Counted from the stretch's first letter, positions 20,101 to 29,212 are shown. The stretch is 60,626 bases of DNA from Acidobacteriota bacterium (GCA_038747035.1 JBCDKB010000002.1:1-60626), one strand, 5' to 3'. Program-made: numbers and translations. Notes: generated from the letters alone by a model not told the origin.

Positions 20101-23077
20101 CGATGTCGATCGGAACGGCGACCGGCTCGGCACCGCTTTCGATCTCCACTTCAGCGACCGCCTCGTCCACGACGTCGGTGACGTAGCGGGCGACGCCGTC
20201 GGAGAAGTCGCTCGCCCGCAGGTGGGAATGCCACTGCCGGTGGAGCAGCCGCACGGTCACCGACTGGCCGGCCAGGGGCTCGTCGTCCGCGCCGAGCACG
20301 AGCACCTCGGGGGCGAGCGCCGCCCCGGGCTCTAGGAAACGCGGCGCCTTGAGGCCGAGCACGAACGGAGGCAGCGCCACGACCCGGCGGGTCGCGGTCA
20401 CCGTCTGGTCGTCGGCGCCGGTGATCGTCGCTTCCACGACATAGGTCCGGGGCTGGGCCGTCGGCTCAATCGAAGGATCTAGAGTCAGCGTCGCGCCGCC
20501 GTCGTCATCGGTGGTCGTCTCGACATCGAGGGCCGGCGTCGACTCGAAGGCGCCGGTGTCGGAATAGCGACCGTCCGAGGCGTAGACAAAACCGGGCCGC
20601 GGCTTCGGGCGATGGCGGTAAGGGAATTGGGTGACCCGCCAACGCAGCGGACGCTGGGCCACCCGGCCGCCGGCGTAATAGGTCGCCGTCGCCTGGACGT
20701 CGAAGGTGCGGTCGAGGGTCGCCGGACCGCCGCCCTCGGGCCCAGACAACAGGACCTCGAAGCGCGGCAGCCGGTAGGCCTCTTTGCGAAACGTCACCGA
20801 GCCGAGCCGGGTACCGGAGCCCTTGGTCTCAAAGCTCGCCCGGTAGACGCCGGTGGCCGCGTCATCGACCTCGAAGCGGTGGTAGAAGGCGCCGCTCGGG
20901 GTCGGCGTCACCGCCTCCCGCCAGGTCCGGCCGCCCGGCCCGTCGATCACCAGGAAACCGGGTTCGACGACCGGCGTCAGACGCCCCGCGCGGCGCAGGC
21001 GCAGGTAGCCGACGACGTGCACCGGATCTTCAGGCCGGTAGACCGGACGTTCGGTGAAGAGGTGGCCGAGGCTTTCCGGGCGAGCGCCGCGATTGGCCAT
21101 CGTTTCGCGGTGGGTCCACTGGAGCCAGGTACTGCTGTCCTCGAGGAAGGCGCCGTCGGCGAAGCGTTGACGGGGCTTGGCCGGGTCGATCACCAGCCGG
21201 TCTCCGCGCGACTCCACCACCATCCGGCCGACGTTGACCGACACGCCCCGCCGGTAGCCCGGCGGCTCCCAGGTCAACAGGCCTCGGCCGTCGGTGCGGC
21301 CGTCGAAGAGCGTCTCCCAGGCCTCGCCGGCAGACGTCCGCCGGGCCCCCTCGACCCGTACCGAAGCGCCCGCCACCGGCGCCCCGGAGGCGATGGAGGT
21401 GACGGCGAAGACCACCCGGCGCGGCTCTTCGAAGGTCGTCAAGGCGAGGTCGCTCGACTGGATGCGCATCCACTGGCGCCGGGTGGAGCCGTCGAGCCGA
21501 CGCACGCCGACCAAGTACGAGCCGGGGGCGTCGACGCCGAAGCCGTCGTCGAGCAGCGGCGCCAGGTCGAGGCCGAACCGGGCCGCGGAGCGCGACAGGG
21601 GAAGGTCCACGAAGCGGGACACGGTCGGCGAGCCCAACGCCCGCAGCTGTCCCGCCAGCTCCCCGGGCGTCGGCGTGCGCCACAGCTCGCCGAACGGGGC
21701 GGGCGCCTCGCCAGGCCCCGGCGGTCGACGCGATTCGTCCACCGCCACCGGCGCGGCGGGGAAAGGCCAGAAGCTGCGGTCGAGGTCATCCAGTCGGTGG
21801 ATGCGCACGTCGACGCGGCGATCCCCCCGGCCTTCCATCGGTACGCTCTGCGGCCCGGTGCGCTCGACCAGGCCCGCCCCCGAACGCAGGCCGAGGTAGG
21901 GCACCTTCGCCGGAAAGTAGAGGTGAACTTCGCTCGGGCCCGAGGCGGTGAGGCGGCGCCCCCGCGGGTCCTTGATATCGGCGCGGCCGAGGGCGAGTCG
22001 ATAGGTGCGCTCGCGCTCAAAACCGCCGCTGATCGTCACCCCCGATCCGGAGGTTTGGCACGACAGGCGGTCGACGCTCGGCGTCAGGCGGACCAGATTG
22101 CGACAGTCCACGGGGGTCAGGGCCTGCGCCGCCGCCGAGAACTCGAGTCGCGCCGCCAGGTCGCCGTCGCAGCGGATCGCCTGTTCGGCGCCGTAGACGA
22201 CCCCGGCGGCGGTCACCGGGTAGGTCGACCGCGGGCAGCCGAAGGCGGTGACGCGGAACGGCTCGGCGGTGGTGACGTCGAGCACGACCACTTGACCGGA
22301 CGGTTTGCCGGCGATCGGCGCTACGGACAGTCGCTGGTGGACCAGGACCCGGTGGCCTTCCGGCAGCGGTCGGTCGAAGCTCAGGACGTAGCGCGCCGGA
22401 TCCGAGCGCTTCTGCCGCTCGACCACTTTGACCTCAAAGTCTTCGCGGTCGAGCCACACCGCGCCCCGCGATTCGACTCCGGGCAGCCGCCGCAGCTCGA
22501 GCTGGAGCGAACGGGCGAGGGCGTCGGGATCGACCGGCTCGGCGAAGGCGAGCGTGATGTCGGAAAGGCTCGAGACGCCTCGGGATTGGGCCTCCGGCGT
22601 CGTCGAGCTCGGCCGCGCCATCAGGGTTAGCAGCGAGCGACGGACTTTGCCGGCGGTGACCGTGAAGCGCCCGAGGGCCGGCCACGGGTCGACGGGCCTA
22701 AATTGCAGCGTGGTGGCGTCGAGCCAGATCGCTTCGCCGGGGTGCCGGGGCTCGAGCCGGAAGACGTCGTCGTCCGCGGCCACCGGTCCGCCTTCAGCGG
22801 GTCCCACGGGCCGGCTGAAGAAGACCGTGATCGGATCGAAGCGCCGCAGAAAATCCTCCGGCACGACCGCCGTGCCGCGCACGCCGTCGGGCCTGGACGG
22901 CGCCGAGCTGGGCTTCTGGGCGAACCCGGGCGACGCCGCCAAAATCCACGCCGTCAAGCACATAGCGAGAATCACGGGTAGCGATCCGGGCCGCCCCCCG
23001 ACTTGTCGACGGGATCCACAGCCGATACCCTCTCGGCTATCTGTGGAGGAACCTCCTCCTTTTTTTCTTTGCGGCAT
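17171..23077 (-). CDS. Bacterial alpha-2-macroglobulin (YfhM/ECAM-type) with intact thioester
   Basis: Very long ORF (track 17171..23221). The thioester motif GCTEQ lies in YPFGCTEQRLSKA, with CTEQ codons at 18606-18617. The start is set at ATG 23077 (GGAGG 4 nt upstream), because the track start would overlap the divergent gene. The signal-like segment is VILAMCLTAWILAASPGFA-Q. The start is uncertain by tens of codons. Confidence 0.85.
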   Translation of the reverse strand: MPQRKKGGGSSTDSREGIGCGSRRQVGGRPGSLPVILAMCLTAWILAASPGFAQKPSSAPSRPDGVRGTAVVPEDFLRRFDPITVFFSRPVGPAEGGPVAADDDVFRLEPRHPGEAIWLDATTLQFRPVDPWPALGRFTVTAGKVRRSLLTLMARPSSTTPEAQSRGVSSLSDITLAFAEPVDPDALARSLQLELRRLPGVESRGAVWLDREDFEVKVVERQKRSDPARYVLSFDRPLPEGHRVLVHQRLSVAPIAGKPSGQVVVLDVTTAEPFRVTAFGCPRSTYPVTAAGVVYGAEQAIRCDGDLAARLEFSAAAQALTPVDCRNLVRLTPSVDRLSCQTSGSGVTISGGFERERTYRLALGRADIKDPRGRRLTASGPSEVHLYFPAKVPYLGLRSGAGLVERTGPQSVPMEGRGDRRVDVRIHRLDDLDRSFWPFPAAPVAVDESRRPPGPGEAPAPFGELWRTPTPGELAGQLRALGSPTVSRFVDLPLSRSAARFGLDLAPLLDDGFGVDAPGSYLVGVRRLDGSTRRQWMRIQSSDLALTTFEEPRRVVFAVTSIASGAPVAGASVRVEGARRTSAGEAWETLFDGRTDGRGLLTWEPPGYRRGVSVNVGRMVVESRGDRLVIDPAKPRQRFADGAFLEDSSTWLQWTHRETMANRGARPESLGHLFTERPVYRPEDPVHVVGYLRLRRAGRLTPVVEPGFLVIDGPGGRTWREAVTPTPSGAFYHRFEVDDAATGVYRASFETKGSGTRLGSVTFRKEAYRLPRFEVLLSGPEGGGPATLDRTFDVQATATYYAGGRVAQRPLRWRVTQFPYRHRPKPRPGFVYASDGRYSDTGAFESTPALDVETTTDDDGGATLTLDPSIEPTAQPRTYVVEATITGADDQTVTATRRVVALPPFVLGLKAPRFLEPGAALAPEVLVLGADDEPLAGQSVTVRLLHRQWHSHLRASDFSDGVARYVTDVVDEAVAEVEIESGAEPVAVPIDIGEPGVYVVELVSRDRLGRTQVVAVDLYAASGGEEPVSWERPSTQVFSVSSDRSSYRPGDTARLVFKSPFQEARAMVVVEAPEGNRYRWVTVRGGEGVFELPIEGTWTPRLPVHVVLIRGRLDGTEPRPGNMTDLGRPQLLASTTWLDVDPVDLRLRVELEHAAESMPGRPLDVTVRLATPDGSPAAGEVTLWLVDRAVLALGKEQRLDPVPDFVTPVSSWLAVRDTRGAIFGDLPFAELPGGGEGAEERGVLDRQTVRKNFNPVPFFESGLEVGPDGELTVQVQLPDDLTDFAVRAKALSGPERFGAAKSRLSVRLPVIVQPALPRFVRPGDRFEAAAVGRVVSGDGGPAAVQVRLDGLELLDGGADLERELVLSPVDPERIAFDVTVPTPPSAADPWGEDGAPAGGTVGVQVGMERLADRAGDAFAVELPIVEDRRPVVERQIVALEPGESFAWPAVTDEVRPGSLSREVLAASRPALVRMAAGLDALLDYPFGCTEQRLSKARVQLALGRFRDVLVLPPQGHTARAVVETLEWLEQSTAPNGLVAYWPGGAGYVSLTAWAGHFLAEAEQAGYEVPTALRASIERSLEQALRSDYAHFVSGADWSERVMALETLGRLGRFDSAYAAELGRNASYLGAEDVARLLLALDDGDASDDRPALLDRLWTSVIFQLRGGEEVYAGLQAKGLGNPLILPSETRTLASMTRALARLAREDRRFETLVDALVRLGRGDGWGSTQADAAALLALSELFEPGSETLPERTLEVAWPDGPESLRVGGGAPSALSRRSADGAVELRALGDATAPPVVVRAETRYLPAGDGSTVESARSGFVVERRWLVRDEEPPRRLEIDGPAELGLSIGDVVEEHIRVVNSEERHFVAVVVPLAAGVEALNPHLATAPPEARPDGALTLEPTYADFRDDHVAFYFDTLPAGTFDFYFRARASVVGSFAQPPAQAEMMYDLAVFGRSAGARVEVFRP

Positions 23078-23135
23078 CGGGCCTCCGCGGCCCATTTCCC
23101 GAACCGCGCCGCGCCGGCCCGCACAGGAGATCACC

Positions 23136-23714
23136 ATGCAGAATTCCCCCCGAAACGATTCGCCCCGGCGTCCGTCCCCCGCGGCACGACTCCATCCAAC
23201 GCTCGTGCGCCTATGCTGCATTGCAGGCCTCTTTCTGCTGCTCGCGCCGGGCCAGGCCCTGGCGGCGGATCACTACGTGGGCATCGGCGCCCACTTCTGG
23301 AAGACGATCGACGACCTCGCGGGCGACGGTTTCGACGACATCGAAGAGGACGGCTACGCCTTTCTCCTCAGCTATCGGTATGAGCCGCGGGGTCTTTTCT
23401 TCTTGCAAGGGGAGGTCGAGTACCACCCGGACGGTTTCGGAGGCTCCACCGACAGCACCCTGGTGCCCGTGGGCTACCTCGGCTTCGGCGGCACCTGGTA
23501 CGTGGCCGTCGGTATCGGCTCGAGCATTTCCAGCGATCTCGACGGCGATATCTCGGACCCGTTTTGGGCCGGCCGCGTTGGCCGCGCCTTTGACGTGCTG
23601 CCCGGCATCGGCGCCGATATTCACTTGAACTACCGGGCCGACGCCTTCGACGAGCTGGAAGACGCGTCGACCGACGCCATCACCGTCGGCGCCACGATTC
23701 GCTTCAACCTCTAG
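23136..23714 (+). CDS. Small outer-membrane beta-barrel-like protein
   Basis: In-frame ATG 23136 with an AGGAGA RBS 5 nt upstream (track ORF 22428..23714). The signal peptide is LVRLCCIAGLFLLLAPGQALA-AD. Alternating hydrophobic/aromatic strands and a Gly-rich composition follow, with a C-terminal ...GATIRFNL. An alternative GTG start lies at 23205. Confidence 0.55.
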   Translation: MQNSPRNDSPRRPSPAARLHPTLVRLCCIAGLFLLLAPGQALAADHYVGIGAHFWKTIDDLAGDGFDDIEEDGYAFLLSYRYEPRGLFFLQGEVEYHPDGFGGSTDSTLVPVGYLGFGGTWYVAVGIGSSISSDLDGDISDPFWAGRVGRAFDVLPGIGADIHLNYRADAFDELEDASTDAITVGATIRFNL

Positions 23715-23743
23715 GTTCATTCGGGCCTCTGGTTCCGTAAAGG

Positions 23744-26700
23744 TCACGGCGCCGCCCCCGGCGTCGCTTCGGCGGCGAGCCTCAGATAGTTCTGGACGAG
23801 GTCCGGCGGCGGTCCAGACCCCGGCTTCTCAAGGCCGACGACCGCCGGGCTGACAGCGACCGGCGCCTGGCCGATCGGCAAGCTCAAGGCGAGCAGGTAG
23901 CGCCCGGTGTGGAGGCGGTGCATCTGAGCGACGCCGGCGCCCACGACGCGACCGGCGTCGTCGTAGAGCCGAGCTTCCACCACGTCGGCGTCGGCGTTGA
24001 CGCCGAATCCGAGGTCGCCGGGCTCCGTGAGCTCCACCGCGAAAAAACGCGTCTCGCCGCCGCCGAGCAGGATCGGATCGCCGAGGCCTTCCGCGAGCCG
24101 CTCGATCGGCGACCGGCGCAGGTCGAGCTCACCGCGCAGGCGCTCCCCGGCGAGGGACCGCAACTCGAGCCGACTTTCCCCGGCCGGGAGCGCGACGTCG
24201 AGCCGTAGGGACTGCGGATGGATCGACAGGTCGCGGTCGCCGCCGGGCCGCTCGACGGTGGCGACGGCCGGCGACGGCGCCCGCACCGTCAGCACGCTCG
24301 GTTCGGCCGTCCGGACGGTGAATGCCGCGGTCGCCCCGTCGAGCGCGGTCTGGCTCGGCACCTCGACCTCGCGGGCTTCGCCCGACACGGCGAACGGCGA
24401 GCGACCGGCCGCCTCGGTCCACGCGACGGCCAGCGCCGCATCCCCCGCATCGTCGGCGGTTTCGAGCCGCAGACGCCCGCCGACGTCGGAGATCGGCAGG
24501 TCGGCGCCGCGTCGGATTCGGCCGTCGGCGCCGAGCCACGTCGCCTCGGCCCCCGAGGTCCGGAGTCGCTGGCCGGCGACACCGGGGGCCACCTCAGCCT
24601 CCACACGGACGCCGCCGGCGACCCGGCGCTCGAGGGGCGTCCCCTGGCCGAGCGGCCGGGTGGGTTTGGCCTGGGCCGCGTCGACGGCGACCCGCCCGCC
24701 GCTCCCCGCCACGTCGACCACGCGCAGGGTCGAGCCGCCGGTGGCGAGCACCATATCGAGACCCGAAGACCGGGCCCAGACCGTCCGGCCGTCGGCGAGC
24801 TCGGCGGCGAGGCCCCGGGACAGGGAGAGGCGGAGCCGCTTCGGGCCCGGCGGCAGCTGAAGGTCGAGGGCGCGCCCGGCCTCGACGGCGGACTCGCTCC
24901 GCCCCCAGCCGAAGGCGGCGCCCGCCCCCGGGGGCACGGCCCGGGCCTCGATGTCGACCTCGAGCTCGGCGCCGTCGCCGGACCGCAGGCGAAGCGCCCC
25001 CGGCGCGGTCGGCAGCAGCAGGGCCGACGTGTCGGCGAGGCCCTGGTCGCCGAACTCGGCGCCGAAGCTGAGGCTGACGGGCGCGCCGAGGCCCCGGGCT
25101 TCGACCAGCGCCGGGCCGTCGGCGTCGACATCGCACACCGCTTCGCCGCCCGCGGGAATGCGCAGCCGCGTCGGGCCCGCGCCCGCCCGCACCGAAAAGC
25201 GCTCGAGGCCGAAGGTCGAACCCGACGGCGCCGCCAGGTAGAGCACGCCCGACACCGACGACGCGACGCCGGCGAGCGGCGACGGTCCGACGCCGACGGC
25301 GGGGGCGGATTCCACATCGCCGGCGGCGCCGGTGACCCGGAAGCACCCCGGGCGCTCCAGGTCGACGGCGACCACGCCGCGGTCGCCCAGGGCCGGCGAC
25401 GCCTTGACCGAGAGCCGCCCTTCGCCGCCCCGGCGCGCCGTCGTCGCGGCGAGCTCGAGCTTCGCCACGTTGCCGCTTTGGTCGAGGGAATCGACCCGCA
25501 GCACCAGGTCCCGGCCCGTCGCCACCGGCAGCCAGAGCGCGCCGCGGCGACCTTCGCGAGCGGCGACCGGGCGTCCGTCAAGCTCGAGGGTCACGCGAAT
25601 ATTCTCCGGCGAGTCAAAAGTCGCCGTCACCAAGTCGGCCTCCGCCGGCATCCTCAGCGGCACGCGGACGGCGCCGTCGCCCGGCTCCACGTCCACCGCC
25701 CGGGCTTCCGTGGCCAAGGCGAGGGGCTCGAGGGTGCTCTCCCGGGGCACGTTCATATGCACCCACGTCCAGCCACCCCCGGTGACCGGCTCCACCTCGA
25801 GGTGGTAGACCCCGGGGTCCAAGCGCCGGGCCAGCCTGAAGTTCCAATCGCCCGGCCGATCGTCGGCGGCGGCGAGCGGCGCGGCGCCGGCCGTGGCGCC
25901 GACGGCGTCGAAAAGGCGGGCGCGGACGTCCAGCTGACCGAAGGACCTCAGCTCGACCAGGGCCGGATCTTCGACCCGCAGCTCGAGGCGTACCGGCGGC
26001 TCGCCCGGCTTGAGGTGGACGGCCCGACGCTGACCGGCGAGCAGCTGTCGAGACGCGACTTCCACCGCGTAGTCCACGCGGTTGTCGCGGCGCGCCGAGC
26101 GCAGCCGCAGCTCGTATTGGCCCGCTCCCAAGGCATGGGTCGAGGCGCCGCCTTCGACCTCGGCGACGGTCTGGTCGGCGGTGCCCGAGTCCGCGGCGCC
26201 GAGCCGGACCAGCTCGCCGACCATCGCTTCTGAAATCTCTACGTCCACGTCGGCGCCGGCCGGCAGGTGGAAGCGCCAGGCATCGGGCACGCGTTCGCCG
26301 CCGTCTTCGGGTTCGAGCCACCGATGGGTCGCCCGGGCCCCGAAGTCGAGCCAGAACGGGCCGTGGCCGACCCGCTGGCCGCCGTCCGTCAGCCGCTGCA
26401 CCAAAGCGATCTGGCGCGCCCGCACCTCCTGCGGCAGCACGATGAGTCGATACTCGCCACGTTCGAGCGCCACTTTGAGTTGGCCTTTGACCCCCGGTTC
26501 CAAGAGCGGCCACCCGTCGACGTCCTCCAAGCGGACCCGGAAGGCGCCTGACAAGCCGAGACTCCGCACGCGGTAAGTGCCCGGCTCGTCGACGCGGAAT
26601 CGATAGCCCACGGCTTCCCCGGCGTCCAGCCAGGTTCGGCTCACGACGCCAAAACGAAGCTCGCCGCCGTCGGTGACCGGGGTGCGCTGGAGCTCGACGC

Positions 26701-29023
26701 CGAAGCGGCCCCGACTGAGCCCTCGGCTGCGCACGCTCAGCTGATAGTCCCCCGGCCCCAGATAGCGCTGGACGGCGAAGTTGCGGCCGCTGCCGCCGTC
26801 CGCCCGGCTCTCGAGACTCGGGTTAACGCGGGTGCGCACGGCCCCTTCCATATCGAGTAGACCGGTGGTTTCGAGGCGGTAGAGGGCCGCCTCGTCGGAC
26901 CGCACCAGGAAAGTCCGCAGGCCCCGCCGCGTAATCTCTTCCCGCCGGGGCGCCCCCGCTTCGAGGGACGGAAATTCCGGCACCTTCAGCTCCTCCGCCG
27001 AGACCGGCGGCGGGGCGACGTCCGGCGACCGCTGGTCGGGCACCACCGCCAGGTCGTAGGTCGTCGGCAGCACCAGCTCCGACGGCGGACGAACGGCCAC
27101 TTCGAAGAGGCCGGCCACCCGCACTTCCCGCCGCCAAGGCCCGCCGTCAATCGAAACCTCGAGCAGCGTGCCGTCCTCGGCGGTGGCCCGGAGCAGGCCG
27201 GGCTGCTTGGACCGCGCCGGAACGGTGATCAAGCCGCGCCGGTCGGCGACGAGCGGTAGGGAGCGGTCTAGGTCGATCGGCAGCTGTCGGCGAATGACGC
27301 CGGCGCGCACCCCGGGTCGGCGGTTCAGGTAAAGCGTGTAGTCGGAGCCGTCGAATTCAACGGGGCCGAAGAAGGCCATGGCGCGCTGCACCGGCGCCGT
27401 GTGCCCCGTCTCGCCGTGGGTCACCTCCCCCGACGACTCCGGGGCTCGCTCGTCGCGGATAGCGAGGGTCAAGATGCCCTGACGCCCGGGCTCGAGGGTC
27501 AGGCGGAAGAAGCCCCGGTTGAGATCGTAGACGTCTCCGTCTTCCCGGAAGGGTGGCCGCTCATAGCCCTTGGGCTCACTGCCGGGTACGAAGAAAGGCT
27601 CCACCCGGACGCGGACCGCCCCCCGCCCCTGGCCGTCGCCCCCGCGGACCGCATAGCGCCCCGCGTCTTTCACGTGGAGGAAGAGCGTGGTGGTCGACGG
27701 CAGGTTGAAACGGCGCCGCCACTCGAGCCCCCGCTCGAGGGACACGCTCCGGGCCCGCTCCACCTGCGGCGGCACGCCCCGACGCGACCGGTTTCGCCGC
27801 ACCAAAAGCGCCGACACATCCACGCTATCGGCCGGATCCCCGGTCGACACCGTCGAGAGCAGGTAGCGGCCGCTGGCGTCGAATGTGACGGAGTCGGCGG
27901 CGCGGAAGTGCTGGAGCAGCACCGATTCTCCGGCCCGGCCGCGCACCGTCACGAGGTGCCACCGCTCCTCTTCTTCGGAGGTGAAGACTTCGAGTTCCGC
28001 GTAGAGCCCCCGATTGTCTTTGGTGATGGATGCGCTTTGCACCGAATCCACGGCGAACGGACGCTCCTCGTCCCACCACTGACCGAGCTCGAGGTCGATG
28101 GAGTCCCCCGCGGGGCCCTCGGCCCCGGCGTCGACGCGAAAGTAATTCGCCGGCCCCGGCACCCGCAGGCGGTCGAAACCGAAAGGGGAGATCTCAAATC
28201 GGCGGCGGGCGACGGACGTGACTTTCGGCACGCCGGAACGCAGGTAGAGCGGCCGGGATGACTCACCCGCCCCGGCGGCGCCGCCGGCACCGCCGGGGTC
28301 TTCAGTCCACGGCACGCCGACGCCGCCGTAGGCGGTGATGCGGTAAAGACCCGCGTCGAGCTGCACCGAAAGACGCGCCAGGCGCAGCGGCTGGCCGGGC
28401 CGGGGCTCGATCACCTCGAAGTCCGGGGACGCCGCCACCAGCCACGCGCCGTTGCGCCACAGTCGGAGGTCTTCGAGGTGGCGCCCCGCGGCTTCGAGGA
28501 TGATGCGCTTGGAGCGGCGCACCCGGATCCACCACGAGCGCTGTTCTAAATCCCCCAGCTCCGTCGCCGCCGGCTTGAGGTCCACCAGCTGGAGCGGCTC
28601 GGGCTGGAGCTCTCGGAAGGGTACGGCGTGGAGGGTCGCGTCGCCGCTGGCCTCGGGGTGCCCGAGGGTGCGCACGAGGTAGTCACCCCGATCGAGGAAA
28701 GCGTCCACGCGGCCGTCTTCGACCCCGGCCTCACCGACCACCGGGCCCGGCCCCGCCATGCGATCCACCAGCTGGAGGGAGACACCCCGGTCACTCTCGG
28801 CGAAGAGCGCGTAGCGTCCGAAGCTCGGCACCGTCACGCGGCTACGCTGGGCGCCGGCGGCGGGTACCGTCTTGAACTCGAGATCGGGCCGGGCTTCGGC
28901 GTCCGGGCCTGCGACGGCGTCCGGGGCGGCGGGGGCGGCGCCGTCCTGGGCCCGCGTCGTCGCCGGCGCCAGCCTCGCCGCGGCGAGCAGGGTCAAAGAA
29001 ATTCGCAGCGCACAGCGCGTCAT
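23744..29023 (-). CDS. 1759-aa secreted protein built from repeated PPC-like (pre-peptidase C-terminal-like) beta-sandwich modules; no catalytic motif recognised
   Basis: The signal peptide is MTRCALRISLTLLAAARLAPATTRA-QD. The recurrent module signature is ...D..L.L.D..G......L.pG.Y.L.V... . Examples are GDYLVRTLG, GLYRITAYGG, GRYAVRGGDG, GDYQLSVRSRG, GTYRVRSLG, GEYRLIVLP, GQYELRLRS, GVYHLEVEP and GRYLLALSLP. Confidence 0.75.
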   Translation of the reverse strand: MTRCALRISLTLLAAARLAPATTRAQDGAAPAAPDAVAGPDAEARPDLEFKTVPAAGAQRSRVTVPSFGRYALFAESDRGVSLQLVDRMAGPGPVVGEAGVEDGRVDAFLDRGDYLVRTLGHPEASGDATLHAVPFRELQPEPLQLVDLKPAATELGDLEQRSWWIRVRRSKRIILEAAGRHLEDLRLWRNGAWLVAASPDFEVIEPRPGQPLRLARLSVQLDAGLYRITAYGGVGVPWTEDPGGAGGAAGAGESSRPLYLRSGVPKVTSVARRRFEISPFGFDRLRVPGPANYFRVDAGAEGPAGDSIDLELGQWWDEERPFAVDSVQSASITKDNRGLYAELEVFTSEEEERWHLVTVRGRAGESVLLQHFRAADSVTFDASGRYLLSTVSTGDPADSVDVSALLVRRNRSRRGVPPQVERARSVSLERGLEWRRRFNLPSTTTLFLHVKDAGRYAVRGGDGQGRGAVRVRVEPFFVPGSEPKGYERPPFREDGDVYDLNRGFFRLTLEPGRQGILTLAIRDERAPESSGEVTHGETGHTAPVQRAMAFFGPVEFDGSDYTLYLNRRPGVRAGVIRRQLPIDLDRSLPLVADRRGLITVPARSKQPGLLRATAEDGTLLEVSIDGGPWRREVRVAGLFEVAVRPPSELVLPTTYDLAVVPDQRSPDVAPPPVSAEELKVPEFPSLEAGAPRREEITRRGLRTFLVRSDEAALYRLETTGLLDMEGAVRTRVNPSLESRADGGSGRNFAVQRYLGPGDYQLSVRSRGLSRGRFGVELQRTPVTDGGELRFGVVSRTWLDAGEAVGYRFRVDEPGTYRVRSLGLSGAFRVRLEDVDGWPLLEPGVKGQLKVALERGEYRLIVLPQEVRARQIALVQRLTDGGQRVGHGPFWLDFGARATHRWLEPEDGGERVPDAWRFHLPAGADVDVEISEAMVGELVRLGAADSGTADQTVAEVEGGASTHALGAGQYELRLRSARRDNRVDYAVEVASRQLLAGQRRAVHLKPGEPPVRLELRVEDPALVELRSFGQLDVRARLFDAVGATAGAAPLAAADDRPGDWNFRLARRLDPGVYHLEVEPVTGGGWTWVHMNVPRESTLEPLALATEARAVDVEPGDGAVRVPLRMPAEADLVTATFDSPENIRVTLELDGRPVAAREGRRGALWLPVATGRDLVLRVDSLDQSGNVAKLELAATTARRGGEGRLSVKASPALGDRGVVAVDLERPGCFRVTGAAGDVESAPAVGVGPSPLAGVASSVSGVLYLAAPSGSTFGLERFSVRAGAGPTRLRIPAGGEAVCDVDADGPALVEARGLGAPVSLSFGAEFGDQGLADTSALLLPTAPGALRLRSGDGAELEVDIEARAVPPGAGAAFGWGRSESAVEAGRALDLQLPPGPKRLRLSLSRGLAAELADGRTVWARSSGLDMVLATGGSTLRVVDVAGSGGRVAVDAAQAKPTRPLGQGTPLERRVAGGVRVEAEVAPGVAGQRLRTSGAEATWLGADGRIRRGADLPISDVGGRLRLETADDAGDAALAVAWTEAAGRSPFAVSGEAREVEVPSQTALDGATAAFTVRTAEPSVLTVRAPSPAVATVERPGGDRDLSIHPQSLRLDVALPAGESRLELRSLAGERLRGELDLRRSPIERLAEGLGDPILLGGGETRFFAVELTEPGDLGFGVNADADVVEARLYDDAGRVVGAGVAQMHRLHTGRYLLALSLPIGQAPVAVSPAVVGLEKPGSGPPPDLVQNYLRLAAEATPGAAP

Positions 29024-29212
29024 GGGCTCCTCCGCATTGTCGAGTCGGTGTCGCCGAATTGTATCGGGGCCGCCGAGCTTTGCCCGCCGGACCTGTCATC
29101 GGCGATCCCCATTGCATCGCACGGCCAAGGCGGGGGCACGCCGAGAATCGGGCACGGGGAGCCCCAAATGTGGCGAAACCAGACGCCCCGCGCCCCTGCT
29201 ACCATCCCGGCC

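Noticed and set aside
17342-22630. Long plus-strand ORFs inside the A2M gene (17342..18988, 19043..20335, 20612..22630).
   Set aside because: These are shadow ORFs with R/P/G/A-dominated translations. The minus strand carries a continuous A2M frame with a CTEQ thioester.
23052-23070. AAAGAAAAAAAGGAGGAGG (minus strand), considered as a strong RBS or slippery tract upstream of the A2M coding region.
   Set aside because: No ATG, GTG or TTG lies within 5-12 nt downstream. The stretch reads in frame as QRKKGGG after the better-supported ATG at 23077. The A7 run is short for phase variation.
24218-26233. A 671-aa plus-strand ORF and several 250-430-aa ORFs in both strands within the 1759-aa gene.
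   Set aside because: Their compositionally biased translations (runs of R, P, G, A) overlap a single uninterrupted minus-strand frame that has a signal peptide and a repeated domain signature.
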